From a bacterium (lineage in GTDB: Bacteria; Electryoneota; JAOADG01), in assembly GCA_963681965.1 (NCBI GenBank), contig OY820579.1, forward strand, positions 352,001 to 416,000: DNA of 64,000 nt. Reading direction: 5' to 3'. The notes under the pieces were generated by a model. It saw nothing but the letters and a program-made list of their open reading frames with translations, did not search any database and was not told the origin of the DNA. Below are positions 7,743 to 17,901 of this stretch, piece by piece (positions within the stretch are counted from its first letter, which is position 1; every line of letters begins with the position of its first letter). The position numbers and the translations under genes are program-made.

Positions 7743-10700
7743 CTATTGGTTCGGGCTTCTCTGATAGTTGATCACGAAGCGAGCCGATTGAACCGATGGG
7801 TAACCTTCAACGCGACAGGTTACTTCACTATTGGTTTCCAGCGTAGTGGCGTCAAGGAAGATTTCACCAACTGGATTTGCTGCCGCAAGTGATGGACCGC
7901 GACCGCCAATGTATACTGTCGCTGCACCCATTCCGTTCACATCAGTTCGACCTAATGCCGGAATTGTAGGATAGGCAAAGTTACCGGTCCGTTGCTTATT
8001 CACTGGCATGTAGACAACCGGGTTTGTTCCTGCGATCGATTGCGAGTTGTCGGAAGCACGATAGGTCGCTGCATAGTTACCGGTCGATGCTTCATTTGCG
8101 GTCTTAAAGATCTTACCACGTTGGACGTCGAAAATCACTGGAGCACGCGAAATGCGATTTCCATAACCGTCGCGAACGATCGCCCATGCCATATGCGTTG
8201 CTCGGTCAGTTTCCGGATTCGCCGAGAAGAAGAACGTAGACGGCGTGATATTCAACTGCAAGTTGCCACTCTGTAACGGTAATGCAAATGTTATCGAATC
8301 AGAAACTAGTTCATTTAACCCATTACAAATTGCGAACAATTTTAACGTGTCGAATGTTGCTGCCGACTGATATGACAAGCGGGTAAATGCGATACCGTGA
8401 ATACGTTGATTCGTCGGTCCGAGGTTACCAGTTGCCGAGGTATCCAAACCGACTTGTGCTAAGCCAATTTGCGCTACACGGAATTGAACGACCGTCATAT
8501 CGCGAACCGGGTTCGTATACTGATCGCGCACCGTTGCGTTGACCCAAATCGACCACGTTCCGCCGCCTTCTTGCGTTCCATTTTCGTTGTTGACACCAAG
8601 TGTAACTCTTGCTGGCGGTCCAGCAACAATCTGCACTGATGACATTGTTGCCACGATCGAAGTGCGACTGTAATCGTTGTTCAAAACGACGGCTTCAATT
8701 ACAACTGATCCGGATCGAGTACCGGAAGACAAGGTCGCGATTGCTTCACCAGAACCACTGGTTTCAGAAATCGTCGAGTCGACACCAATCTCACCAAAGT
8801 TTGGTTTGAGCGAGGAAGCGGTGTCCCCCTGCAGGAACGAGATGCCATTTGTAATCTTAAACTGAACCATGACGCCGTTGGAAACGGCATTGCCGTTACC
8901 GTCGCGAACGATCGCGTGGATAATCGTATTTTCATTACCACCAGTACCGGCGACTTGAATTAACTGCGATTCCGCAGATAGTGAAAGTACGCGTGGGGTG
9001 GATGCGATCACGTTAAAGGTTAACGTATCGGAAATACCGTTCAGGGTAGTTACCCACCACTTGCCGATACCCGCATTTGCACCGGCAGAAAGCTGTGCGG
9101 TTGCTACGGTATCACCCGGTAACACACCACTGCTGACGATCGTACCAATGCTGGTTCCCCATACTAACTGAGGATTGCGAATTGCATTGTTCGACGTATC
9201 GCGAACAAGTGCGCCAACCGTAGCAGCCGGACCGTTAACAACAAGATTTAACGTGCGTGGTGCTAAGTAAACGTGCGTTGGATTTCCGGGATCGTGCGAA
9301 ATAATGTTGGAACCCGATGAGAAAACGACAGTATGTGTTCCGGCATTTTCTACCCATGCAACCAAGGAGTCTTCGCCAATACCTTCGTTCATTACGAAGA
9401 TGTTGGAAGCGGTACCGTTGATTGTCTTGGTAATTGTATTCTGGAATTGTCCCATTCCGCGTACAACTGCATCGCGAACGTTCCGGTATACTTCCCAGTG
9501 CACTTGAGTGCTATCGTAAGCGTAGTTTCCGTTCGAAAGGAACACGTTTGCACGAACGCTGACCGTATCACGCGGATTTGCCGGGTGGCTTCTGCCACCA
9601 AGAATCTGCAAGGTAATACTTTGGATTGGAAGCAGTTCGCGAATGTGGAACGTTGCCGGTTTCGTGATATTTCCGACGGGATATCGAACGGTCAATATAA
9701 CGCCGTTAGAATCCGGTTCGATTGCTCCACCATCTTTAATATATACAGTGATGGCGCCGTCGAGACCCGTAACCGCAGTCTGAACAATATTTCCATAACG
9801 AGCGGCGAAATTCAACGTCGCATTCGGAATACCCTGATCGAGATAATCCAACAACGATACCGCTACCGGAATTGAATCGCGACCAGTTGAATACAGAATA
9901 TTTCCCGATGGGAAGCGAATTTCAATTCGCGGTACACTGGGCGGAAGATTAACGACCAAGGTGATCGAAGTTGAACTTGAATTGACTTCGTCGGTGCTCA
10001 ATAACCGGATACCATTCGAGCGGAACTGCGAAGGCAATTTTCGTTCAAATGCTGATTTAGTATCTAGATCGGCATTCAAAGGTCCATTCGAGCTGAATGT
10101 AGTCGATTGAGCGATCGCAGCGGTAATTGTCGTTCGACCAGTCATACCGTCACTTGACCATTCAATTGTATCGCGTCCGAAAGTGCTTGTTGCGGTGACG
10201 TACGGGCAAGAACCGGTACCGGCAACGCTTAAGACGATTGGAACGCTCGGAATGACGATATTCGATGAATCGGTGCACCAGATGATAAATTTCTTAAAGA
10301 TCACTTCACCTGGTAATGCATAGATCGAAGTGTCGGAAGGGCTAACCCATGCCAAATGAATATCGGCAGGTAATGTTAACGGGCGAATCTTCAAAATTCC
10401 CGAAGCTTTCGCATTGGCGTTCGACGATGCGAGACCGCGAATGGTTGCGGAAATAAGAACGTTTTCGCTGTATTTGTTCAGGTTATTCCAAACCGATACG
10501 CGCACTTCGCCATTATCATCGGTAGTACCGTATGACATCGATAGTTGCGCATATTGCGATGAATCTACGCGGAAATCGACAATCATCCCCTTGATACCGG
10601 ATGAACGATCATCCAATACACGGGCGATTACGGTAGTAGTGTCGCGTGAACCCTGGCGAGCGATCAAAACGGGCTTACCGAATTCGACTCGGAATGAATT

Positions 10701-11141
10701 GACGGCTTCGTCCAAAATTAGCACTTGAATCGGAACGGTCGTGTAAATTTGCGAATTGGAAACCAACGTCGCAGTTACAGTTATCGTTTCGACCGAGTCG
10801 GGATATACGGTCAGGGTCGCCGTAACTTTACCGGTAGCATCAGTGGTATCGGTGTTATTGTCGGCTGCAATCGACGTAATCGGGTTTTTGTGTTGTGTTA
10901 CCGAGAACTGAACACGTTGACCCTGAACTGCGGCACCGTGATTATCTGTCACTGTGGCAGTAATTGTCGAGGTTGCAATTTGATTTTTGAAACTTGAGAT
11001 GTTATTTGAAATCGTAGCAGTAATATATTGTGGAGTCGCTACGGTTCCACTCTGCCCTGGATTACTGGATGTGTTTCGATCGCAACTTACGAGTAGCAGA
11101 CCGAGCAACAGTATGGGCAGTATTCTCAAAACCCACTTCAT
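7743..11141 (-). CDS. large lipoprotein with multiple bacterial Ig-like (Big_1/invasin-like) domains
   Basis: ATG at 11141 with GGAGG RBS; lipobox LLVS-C; repeated 'ATV.D..G..V.G..V.F' and 'TD..G...' patterns along ~1130 aa. Confidence 0.85.
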   Translation of the reverse strand: MKWVLRILPILLLGLLLVSCDRNTSSNPGQSGTVATPQYITATISNNISSFKNQIATSTITATVTDNHGAAVQGQRVQFSVTQHKNPITSIAADNNTDTTDATGKVTATLTVYPDSVETITVTATLVSNSQIYTTVPIQVLILDEAVNSFRVEFGKPVLIARQGSRDTTTVIARVLDDRSSGIKGMIVDFRVDSSQYAQLSMSYGTTDDNGEVRVSVWNNLNKYSENVLISATIRGLASSNANAKASGILKIRPLTLPADIHLAWVSPSDTSIYALPGEVIFKKFIIWCTDSSNIVIPSVPIVLSVAGTGSCPYVTATSTFGRDTIEWSSDGMTGRTTITAAIAQSTTFSSNGPLNADLDTKSAFERKLPSQFRSNGIRLLSTDEVNSSSTSITLVVNLPPSVPRIEIRFPSGNILYSTGRDSIPVAVSLLDYLDQGIPNATLNFAARYGNIVQTAVTGLDGAITVYIKDGGAIEPDSNGVILTVRYPVGNITKPATFHIRELLPIQSITLQILGGRSHPANPRDTVSVRANVFLSNGNYAYDSTQVHWEVYRNVRDAVVRGMGQFQNTITKTINGTASNIFVMNEGIGEDSLVAWVENAGTHTVVFSSGSNIISHDPGNPTHVYLAPRTLNLVVNGPAATVGALVRDTSNNAIRNPQLVWGTSIGTIVSSGVLPGDTVATAQLSAGANAGIGKWWVTTLNGISDTLTFNVIASTPRVLSLSAESQLIQVAGTGGNENTIIHAIVRDGNGNAVSNGVMVQFKITNGISFLQGDTASSLKPNFGEIGVDSTISETSGSGEAIATLSSGTRSGSVVIEAVVLNNDYSRTSIVATMSSVQIVAGPPARVTLGVNNENGTQEGGGTWSIWVNATVRDQYTNPVRDMTVVQFRVAQIGLAQVGLDTSATGNLGPTNQRIHGIAFTRLSYQSAATFDTLKLFAICNGLNELVSDSITFALPLQSGNLQLNITPSTFFFSANPETDRATHMAWAIVRDGYGNRISRAPVIFDVQRGKIFKTANEASTGNYAATYRASDNSQSIAGTNPVVYMPVNKQRTGNFAYPTIPALGRTDVNGMGAATVYIGGRGPSLAAANPVGEIFLDATTLETNSEVTCRVEGYPSVQSARFVINYQRSPNQ

Positions 11142-11333
11142 TGTGTCCTCCAACCTATGCATCGTTACTTTACTAACATCAACGAAATGATTACTCACTT
11201 CGTACCATCTACTCTAATACAACCATATCTAGAACCGGACCTGAGCATTGTTAATTTTACTATTAACAATCGATTCAAACCGACCTCGATTGTGCAAGTT
11301 GAACTTGCGATGTTTTAAAAAAATCTAATTCAA

Positions 11334-12971
11334 TTATTTCGTAACTGTGTAATACGCCAAAGCTAAAGTTGCAATTTGTGACAAGATCAACATCATATCT
11401 TTATATGAGACCCACCAATCGGTATCAGCCGTTTCCGGAATAAAGATGGTATCGCCAGGCTCAATAATTGTCGACGTCGAAGCTTTCAACCATTGACCCG
11501 ATTGGGCTTTTATAATTCTAATTTGACTTGTTTTTGCTTTCGTTGTATATCCACCGGCTTCGTCGATATAGAAACGATATGATTTTTTCGGAGTATATGC
11601 TATCAATCCGGGATTGATAACTTGTCCAAGCACTTTGATCGTAACTTGTTTTTTGGGAAGACGAATAATATCGCCATCCCATAAAATAAAATTACCACCC
11701 AAAATCGAATCGCGACCGCTGATTACTTTGTAATTAACAGCCACCCGTGGTTCGAGATCGCGTCGCTTGGCTTTCATATACTCGTATTCCGACCAACTCA
11801 TTTCGTCTTTTTTCAAACCGTAAAGACGATTGAATTCGGGATCGGGTATCGATAACAAAGAGCGCCTGATAACTTGAATTTCATCGAGATTGGCTCGTGA
11901 AGTCGGTCCACCGGCGGTCATTAAAACATCTTTCAGGGTAACCGTCTTCTCGTCAACCGGATAATCGCCGGGAAAAAAAACTTCGCCTTGAATTGAGACC
12001 GTCGATCTTAACTTTTGGTCGGTTTCGTACGGCACAAAAATTTGATCGTCCGGTAAAATCAAAGGACCTAAGTCGTCAGAATTAATCCAATTTCGATTAA
12101 AAATTTGTGTTTGACGGTTGCCCGATGAATCGATGCGAGATAATTCGATTTTACCCTGTGCATTCGATACAATTCCACCGGATAACCGAATCATTGTCCT
12201 TAATCGATCACCAGCAACAAATCTCGCGACCATTGGTTGTTGAACTGCTCCAAACAACCGAACCACACCTTTACGGCTGCTCCAGTATGGAACGACTAAA
12301 ATGTCGCCATCCTGCAGAAAGGGGTTTCCTTTCAATTCGCCACATTGGTAGAACAATTCGATATCGACCAAAGTGGTGTCGCCGGATCGATGTATCAACC
12401 ACAATCCGCGCAATGGCGCAGCTCGAGGTGGTGTGATAATCGGTCTTCCGTCAGGTGTCGTATCTTTCGGTTCCTCGGAAAAGCGGGGACCTCCCGCCAT
12501 CTCCAATAAATCCGATGTTCGCGATACTGCCGAAACAATGTACCGACCGGGCATATACACCGAACCTGCTAGTGTTACTCGAAACATTCGCGGTTTCGAC
12601 AATCGAACCGAAACAATACCTTTAGCATATCGTTTTTCGGCTTGTTCGCGAATTATTTTCGATGCCTCTGCCAGTGTTTTTCCCGAAACAGCAAACTCGC
12701 CCACCGTTGGTACGTTTGCATAACCCTCGGGATTGATATAAATCGGCAAAGCCGTTTCCAGCACTCCAATGATGAACATATACATTTCATCACCGGGACC
12801 GATTATATACACATTGGGATCGATCGGACCTTCAAACGCCGATTGCAATGTCAAATAGCGTGTATCGGAAACAGCGCTTTTCGCCTTCGCAGTATCCAAT
12901 ACTTCCATCGCGGATACCCATGTAACGAAACAAACCGTCAACAAGAATGCTAATATTGTGATTCGTTTCAT
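11334..12971 (-). CDS. SLBB-domain polysaccharide export (OPX/Wza-like) protein
   Basis: Signal peptide; poly_export motif YIIGPGD...INPEG...PTVGEF.VSGKTL; repeated SLBB motifs (GSVYMPGRY, GEVFFPGDY, GQVINPG, AGG, L.DGD); amphipathic C-terminal helix WWVSYKDMMLILSQIATLALAYY. Confidence 0.88.
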   Translation of the reverse strand: MKRITILAFLLTVCFVTWVSAMEVLDTAKAKSAVSDTRYLTLQSAFEGPIDPNVYIIGPGDEMYMFIIGVLETALPIYINPEGYANVPTVGEFAVSGKTLAEASKIIREQAEKRYAKGIVSVRLSKPRMFRVTLAGSVYMPGRYIVSAVSRTSDLLEMAGGPRFSEEPKDTTPDGRPIITPPRAAPLRGLWLIHRSGDTTLVDIELFYQCGELKGNPFLQDGDILVVPYWSSRKGVVRLFGAVQQPMVARFVAGDRLRTMIRLSGGIVSNAQGKIELSRIDSSGNRQTQIFNRNWINSDDLGPLILPDDQIFVPYETDQKLRSTVSIQGEVFFPGDYPVDEKTVTLKDVLMTAGGPTSRANLDEIQVIRRSLLSIPDPEFNRLYGLKKDEMSWSEYEYMKAKRRDLEPRVAVNYKVISGRDSILGGNFILWDGDIIRLPKKQVTIKVLGQVINPGLIAYTPKKSYRFYIDEAGGYTTKAKTSQIRIIKAQSGQWLKASTSTIIEPGDTIFIPETADTDWWVSYKDMMLILSQIATLALAYYTVTK

Positions 12972-12994
12972 GGGTATCCGTTACAAACTAATAA

Positions 12995-14371
12995 TTACCG
13001 ATTTTCTTCCGCGACAGTCTTCACAATACGCGATTCGGTCGGATCATCTAAATCTTTGCCGGACTTAATGATTCGGTCGGATTCTTTAAATTTAACCTGA
13101 CCTTCCTTTAAAATCGTCGGCGTGACTTCGATGATCATATCCGTCTTCTTCATCGTCTCGTAGTTGTGCGAGAACAAACCGCCAAAATACGGCAGATCGC
13201 CTAACAACGGGACTTTGTTTTTCGTCTTATTGCGCTTGATGCCAAGTAAACCACCGATAACGATCGTTTCGCCATCTTTCGCTCGAATGGTTGTTTCGGC
13301 TTTGCGTTGAACAGTCCACGGAATGTCTTGGTTTCGTCCAATGAAAGAGAAAATCGACGATACTTCAGCAGAAATCGAAGTAGTTACGTATCCATCGGAA
13401 TTGATTTTCGGTGTAATGCTAAGAATAACACCAATCTTTTCGCGTTCAAGCGTAACCGTCGGAACAGTGGTCACCGCATTTGCTTGTTGCGGATTGAACT
13501 GCTGTTGGGTCGTTGAATACAGATACGGGAATACGTCCACACTCTGAATTGTTGCCGGACGACCGTTCATAGTAGCAACTTGAGTATTCGACAAAATGTC
13601 GGCCTTATTGTTGCTAAGTAGCCAATCGACCGCGAAGTCAAAAATTGGTTGCTGACGGTAGAATACTCCGAAATTGTCCAAGCGGTCCATTTTCATCGAT
13701 GTCCCGGTACCTTCGGCAATTTGGAATTTAACCGGAGTCAAACGACCCCAGTCAACGCCGACTTTTTCTTCGTCGTCTACGCCAACTTCGATCACTCGAG
13801 CCGACAACATGATTTGTTGTGCCGGTTCATCGATGCTATCGACTAGTTGACGAATTTCTGCGATCACTTTTGGCGACGCAATAATTAACAGCTTTCCACT
13901 CGAACTATCGACAGTCACTGTAGCTTTCATCTGCTTCAGCATTTCGGAAGTTCGCTGCGGATCGGCATATTTTAACGCCAACACGTAGCTGGTTAAACCG
14001 GCATCGGACTTGATGAATTCCGGTTTGGCTACGAGAAAGCTGCTGCCAACTAATTCGTAAGAGAGACCGACGGCACGAACGACGAGGTTCATCGCCTCTT
14101 CGATCGGTGCATCTTTCAGCTTAATTGTCAGCTTTTCAGTTTTCGAGACGCCGGGTCCGGTGACGATATTATACCCCGATTTCTCAGCTAGAATAGCCAA
14201 TACCGTAGGTAGATAAGCGTCGTCAGCATCCAGCGTAATTCGCTGGTTTAGCCGGGCGGAAGCCGGTTTGGTGTCGCTCGGCTGGGCGAAAACAGCGACC
14301 GACAACACAAGACCGATTAGGATACCGACAACAACTGTCCGGTTTACCCGACGGAATATACCATTTCTCAT
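12995..14371 (-). CDS. pilQ: outer-membrane secretin (PilQ/GspD family), short form without AMIN domains
   Basis: ATG at 14371 with GGAG RBS; N0 domain (ITLDADDA..AEKSGYNIV), one N3-like domain, QIMLSARVIE, GVILSITPKI, DGETIVIGGL, KVPLLGDLPYFGGLF, VTPTIL. Confidence 0.9.
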   Translation of the reverse strand: MRNGIFRRVNRTVVVGILIGLVLSVAVFAQPSDTKPASARLNQRITLDADDAYLPTVLAILAEKSGYNIVTGPGVSKTEKLTIKLKDAPIEEAMNLVVRAVGLSYELVGSSFLVAKPEFIKSDAGLTSYVLALKYADPQRTSEMLKQMKATVTVDSSSGKLLIIASPKVIAEIRQLVDSIDEPAQQIMLSARVIEVGVDDEEKVGVDWGRLTPVKFQIAEGTGTSMKMDRLDNFGVFYRQQPIFDFAVDWLLSNNKADILSNTQVATMNGRPATIQSVDVFPYLYSTTQQQFNPQQANAVTTVPTVTLEREKIGVILSITPKINSDGYVTTSISAEVSSIFSFIGRNQDIPWTVQRKAETTIRAKDGETIVIGGLLGIKRNKTKNKVPLLGDLPYFGGLFSHNYETMKKTDMIIEVTPTILKEGQVKFKESDRIIKSGKDLDDPTESRIVKTVAEENR

Positions 14372-14514
14372 GTGTGCTCCGACTCGTTTGCTTGCTTTGT
14401 ACTTCAAAAAATTCTGGAACTATCGTAGTAAAGGCGCAATCCAATACTCTAACTTATCCGCCATAATCACGTCGGTTCTAACCTAATCACCGCCCGATAC
14501 TACACAGAACTAAC

Positions 14515-15084
14515 TTAATAATTAATTTTTGGACCATTTGCGGACTGGTACAACATTTCCTGTTCGATAATGGTTTCAGGAGACAATTGATTGCTCAATG
14601 TGATCTTCTGTCCACCACTCTCCAACACCAACGTTCGAACCGAGATCGCTCCAACTTTATAACTGTTGTATGAATCACCTGGCTTCACGACTGTGGATCG
14701 TCCACCAAGTTTAATCACACCGTAGCGGATACCATCTTCAGCGACCAAGGTCGCACAAAGACGCATCTTGTTGTTTTCTTCGAGCGTTTCCTTCACTCCG
14801 AGTTTCTGGAGAAATGCTCGCGTTCGAACGACTTGAATCAGATCCAATGGATCGCGGTCGCCCTGTTTGTACACTAAGTCCATACGTTCGCGAAGATCGG
14901 ATTCCAATTTCGCGACTTGTTTCTGCAACCGTGGATCGCTACCGACTACCGACAACACGTCGTTTTCAGTCTTGAATGCTTTGATCCGTTGCGTAATTTT
15001 ATAAGTATTGTATCCACCGTAACCAATCATACCGAACAGGATGACGATCAGTAACAGCCACAGCAGACGTTCACGGCCTTTCAT
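14515..15084 (-). CDS. PilP/GspC-like alignment protein
   Basis: Between pilO and the secretin; N-terminal TM, RDPL motif and C-terminal ..VVKPGD...KVGAI.. HR-domain pattern; no lipobox. Confidence 0.65.
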   Translation of the reverse strand: MKGRERLLWLLLIVILFGMIGYGGYNTYKITQRIKAFKTENDVLSVVGSDPRLQKQVAKLESDLRERMDLVYKQGDRDPLDLIQVVRTRAFLQKLGVKETLEENNKMRLCATLVAEDGIRYGVIKLGGRSTVVKPGDSYNSYKVGAISVRTLVLESGGQKITLSNQLSPETIIEQEMLYQSANGPKINY

Positions 15085-15102
15085 TCTCTCGTCTCCTTTC
15101 GC

Positions 15103-15669
15103 TTACGCCTGTGATTTCTTCTTGATCAGAGTCAGAGTCGAAATCTTGAGCTGTATGGTTCTAGTGTCGATTCGTCCGCCCGATTTCATTCGTTGCGCGA
15201 CTTTCTTCACATCGTTATCAAGGTCATAATCTTCAACCGTGATCAACCGTTCGGATTTTTCGACCGTATTGACGAATTGTCCAAACTGACGGTAGGAGCA
15301 ATTGATTACCAGATTGTAAGGCGTTCTGACGTAATCCGGTTTGGTAATTTTCTTGCCCGGTTCAAGCTTCAACAATTCAATTTTATTCTGTCGAAGCAAG
15401 TCGGTCATATAATTCATGAACGCAAGGTTGGCATCTTCAGCGAGACTATCAGTCGCCGATGTCGCCAAATTTTGTTCGATCAGTTTGGAAACCAGATCGA
15501 GTTCGCGAGCAAGAATTTCAGCCGAGATCAATTTCTCGTTAAGATCGCGCAACCGTTTCGCCTTTTCGGCGAGTACTGCCGGTCGTTTGGGGTACGCGAA
15601 GGTATAATGATACCAGAAACCGGCACCGAAACCGAAAGCAATGATAAAAGCGACGATGAGTTTTTTCAT
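15103..15669 (-). CDS. pilO: type IV pilus assembly protein PilO
   Basis: N-terminal TM, coiled coil, PYNLVINCSYRQFGQFVNTVEKSERLITV; position after pilN. Confidence 0.85.
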   Translation of the reverse strand: MKKLIVAFIIAFGFGAGFWYHYTFAYPKRPAVLAEKAKRLRDLNEKLISAEILARELDLVSKLIEQNLATSATDSLAEDANLAFMNYMTDLLRQNKIELLKLEPGKKITKPDYVRTPYNLVINCSYRQFGQFVNTVEKSERLITVEDYDLDNDVKKVAQRMKSGGRIDTRTIQLKISTLTLIKKKSQA

Positions 15670-15672
15670 GGC

Positions 15673-16341
15673 TTATCCCTTCACCGGCGTAGCTGGCGCA
15701 GCGCCGCTCTTTCCACCGATCGTCGACTCGATCCCGGACGCACGTTTCACGACTTTGTTCTTCGAAGCAGGATCGGGTTCCAACGATGCGACCAACGCGA
15801 TCGTTAAAATATCCTGTTCATCGACGGTCAGTCGTCGCGACTCGGTAAACTGGATCTTCTTGAAGTCGGAGAAAAAGTTTTCGGAGTTGCGCAAATGATC
15901 GATCAATGCCGCAACCTTGTCGAATTCTTTCTCTTCCCTCTTGATCTGGCTGATCGAATTGATTCGTAATTGACGATTGTGGTAGAACAAGCCGGTCACC
16001 GCCATATCACGAGGAAGTACTTCGGCGACTGCCATCAATTTCTTCGTCCACATTACTCTTTCTTTATCGACCTTAGCTAAGTTTTCGACGTCGTCTCTAC
16101 TAACCTGCATGCCTTCTTTGGCAAGCTCTTCAAGTCGACGTTGAACATCGCGGATTCTCGAATCGCGGAATTTCTCGATATCGGTCAACGCATCGATTTG
16201 ACGCACGTTGAGATACGCGATGACGGCTAACAAAATCGTTAGAACGCCTAGCAACATCCAGTCGGTACGATTGCGGCGTCTTGCCGCACGTTCCGCAGCG
16301 CCCTCGCTTTTATTGAGGTTAATCGCAAATGAACGAACCAT
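15673..16341 (-). CDS. pilN: type IV pilus assembly protein PilN
   Basis: N-terminal INL motif (AINLN), TM, coiled coil, W...L..V...LP; directly after pilM. Confidence 0.85.
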   Translation of the reverse strand: MVRSFAINLNKSEGAAERAARRRNRTDWMLLGVLTILLAVIAYLNVRQIDALTDIEKFRDSRIRDVQRRLEELAKEGMQVSRDDVENLAKVDKERVMWTKKLMAVAEVLPRDMAVTGLFYHNRQLRINSISQIKREEKEFDKVAALIDHLRNSENFFSDFKKIQFTESRRLTVDEQDILTIALVASLEPDPASKNKVVKRASGIESTIGGKSGAAPATPVKG

Positions 16342-16344
16342 TTA

Positions 16345-17409
16345 TCAGTCTCCGCGCAATGCTAAACCTAATGCCGCAGCGTACTGCGGAGCTTCATCCG
16401 GTGGAATAGCTTCGCCGCCGTCGATTTGCTCGAAGGGGTTCCACTTGATCACCGGTACATTGTATTTCGAATGAAGATATTCCGCCATATCCTTCAAACG
16501 TGCACCGCCACCCGTCATGTAAAACATGCGGATATCGCTCATTCCGGTCTCCTTGACATAATAACGCAACGAGCGATTAACTTCGTCGCGCATTTGGTCG
16601 AAGGCGGAACGCTGAGCGAGTTCGATGCTCTTGATCTCGGCGGTTTGCTTCAACGGTCGGTCGATATTCATTCCCTTGGTAATCTTTTCGGCTTCGGCTT
16701 CAGCCCAAGTCAGACCGTATTTTGCAGACAGTTCGTCGTTATACGTATTACCTGCAACCGGAATGTCGCGGGTAAAGAATAACGATTTACGTCCAACTAC
16801 GGACAGACTGGTATGTCGCGCACCGACATGAAGGAATACGTTGACTCCTTCATCGGGAAGCTCGTTCAACAGCATCCAACTGTTGATCGATGTGAGTGCT
16901 TCAAGATCGATGATACCGGGTTTGAATTCGAGATCGCGTAAAATTTCGAGATGTGCGTCGTACATTTTACGCGTTGTCGCAGCGAGCAGCACGCGTACCT
17001 TGTCCGGTTCGGTAATATCGTCGCCGAGTATTTGATAATCGACTACGGTCTCCGATCCGTCCAACGGTATGTGTTTTCGCGCTTCCGACAACATCGCAGA
17101 GGACATCTCCTCTTCCGACATATTGATCGTCTTGATCTCTTTCGCGGCGACGTTACCACCGCTGATGCAGGAGGCAAGCGACTTTACGCGCTTCGGGACG
17201 ATGCGAAGTTCTTGAAAAGCCTCAACCAGTTTTGGAAGTACGACCGACTTTTTCGGTCCTTCATTATCATATACTTCGGTACCGGTATATAGAGGAATAA
17301 TCTTCGCGATACCAAGTCGATATCGATTACCCGCTTTTTCAGCGGACACCAGCTTGATGCTGTGTGAACCGATATCCAACCCTAATCGCTGTGACGTTTT
17401 GTAAATCAT
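16345..17409 (-). CDS. pilM: type IV pilus assembly protein PilM (actin-like)
   Basis: ATG at 17409 with GGGAGG RBS; LGLDIGSHSIK, EARKHIP, DYQIL, HVGA, AEAEK, RSLRYY, TGGGARL, ALGLALR. Confidence 0.93.
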   Translation of the reverse strand: MIYKTSQRLGLDIGSHSIKLVSAEKAGNRYRLGIAKIIPLYTGTEVYDNEGPKKSVVLPKLVEAFQELRIVPKRVKSLASCISGGNVAAKEIKTINMSEEEMSSAMLSEARKHIPLDGSETVVDYQILGDDITEPDKVRVLLAATTRKMYDAHLEILRDLEFKPGIIDLEALTSINSWMLLNELPDEGVNVFLHVGARHTSLSVVGRKSLFFTRDIPVAGNTYNDELSAKYGLTWAEAEAEKITKGMNIDRPLKQTAEIKSIELAQRSAFDQMRDEVNRSLRYYVKETGMSDIRMFYMTGGGARLKDMAEYLHSKYNVPVIKWNPFEQIDGGEAIPPDEAPQYAAALGLALRGD

Positions 17410-17901
17410 TCGATGCTTTGCCTCCCACTCATAAACGATCGGCTCGCGGCAAAAGCGTGTGATCACGCACACGTAATATACACAAAAAAAGCGGCGCTAC
17501 AAGCTTTCGAGAACGCTTGCTCGCCGGGCGATGAGAAATTAAACTTGCTGACGGAAACAAACTGCCAGAGAAAGGAGTAGAAATTTTATCCGTTGAAAAT
17601 ACCAATGTAATCCTCGTGCCAGATAACGGTGCCAAAAAAATTCGGCTAGTAAAATTAACTAAATACTATAATAACAAATATAAGAATCCTCTCCTTCGCA
17701 TCATTTCGCCATCATCAAGTTTAAATCACAGAATGACAAGCAATTAAGATACTTAATAGATACTTGCCACGCAACATTCTCAAATGACAGTTGTCAATAT
17801 TTTTTCGAGTTTCTCCGATCAGTTCTAAAAACTAATCGGAGAAAACCGCTTTCTTATATCAAGACAACCAAGTGTCAATCAAAGACTTGTACATCCGCTT
17901 G

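Noticed and set aside
4515-14371. Calling the locus a type II secretion system
   Set aside because: PilT, actin-like PilM, PilN/PilO and a type IVa pilin fit T4aP better, although a secretory role is not excluded.
15193-15807. 204-aa plus-strand ORF
   Set aside because: Antisense to pilO/pilN; no motif.
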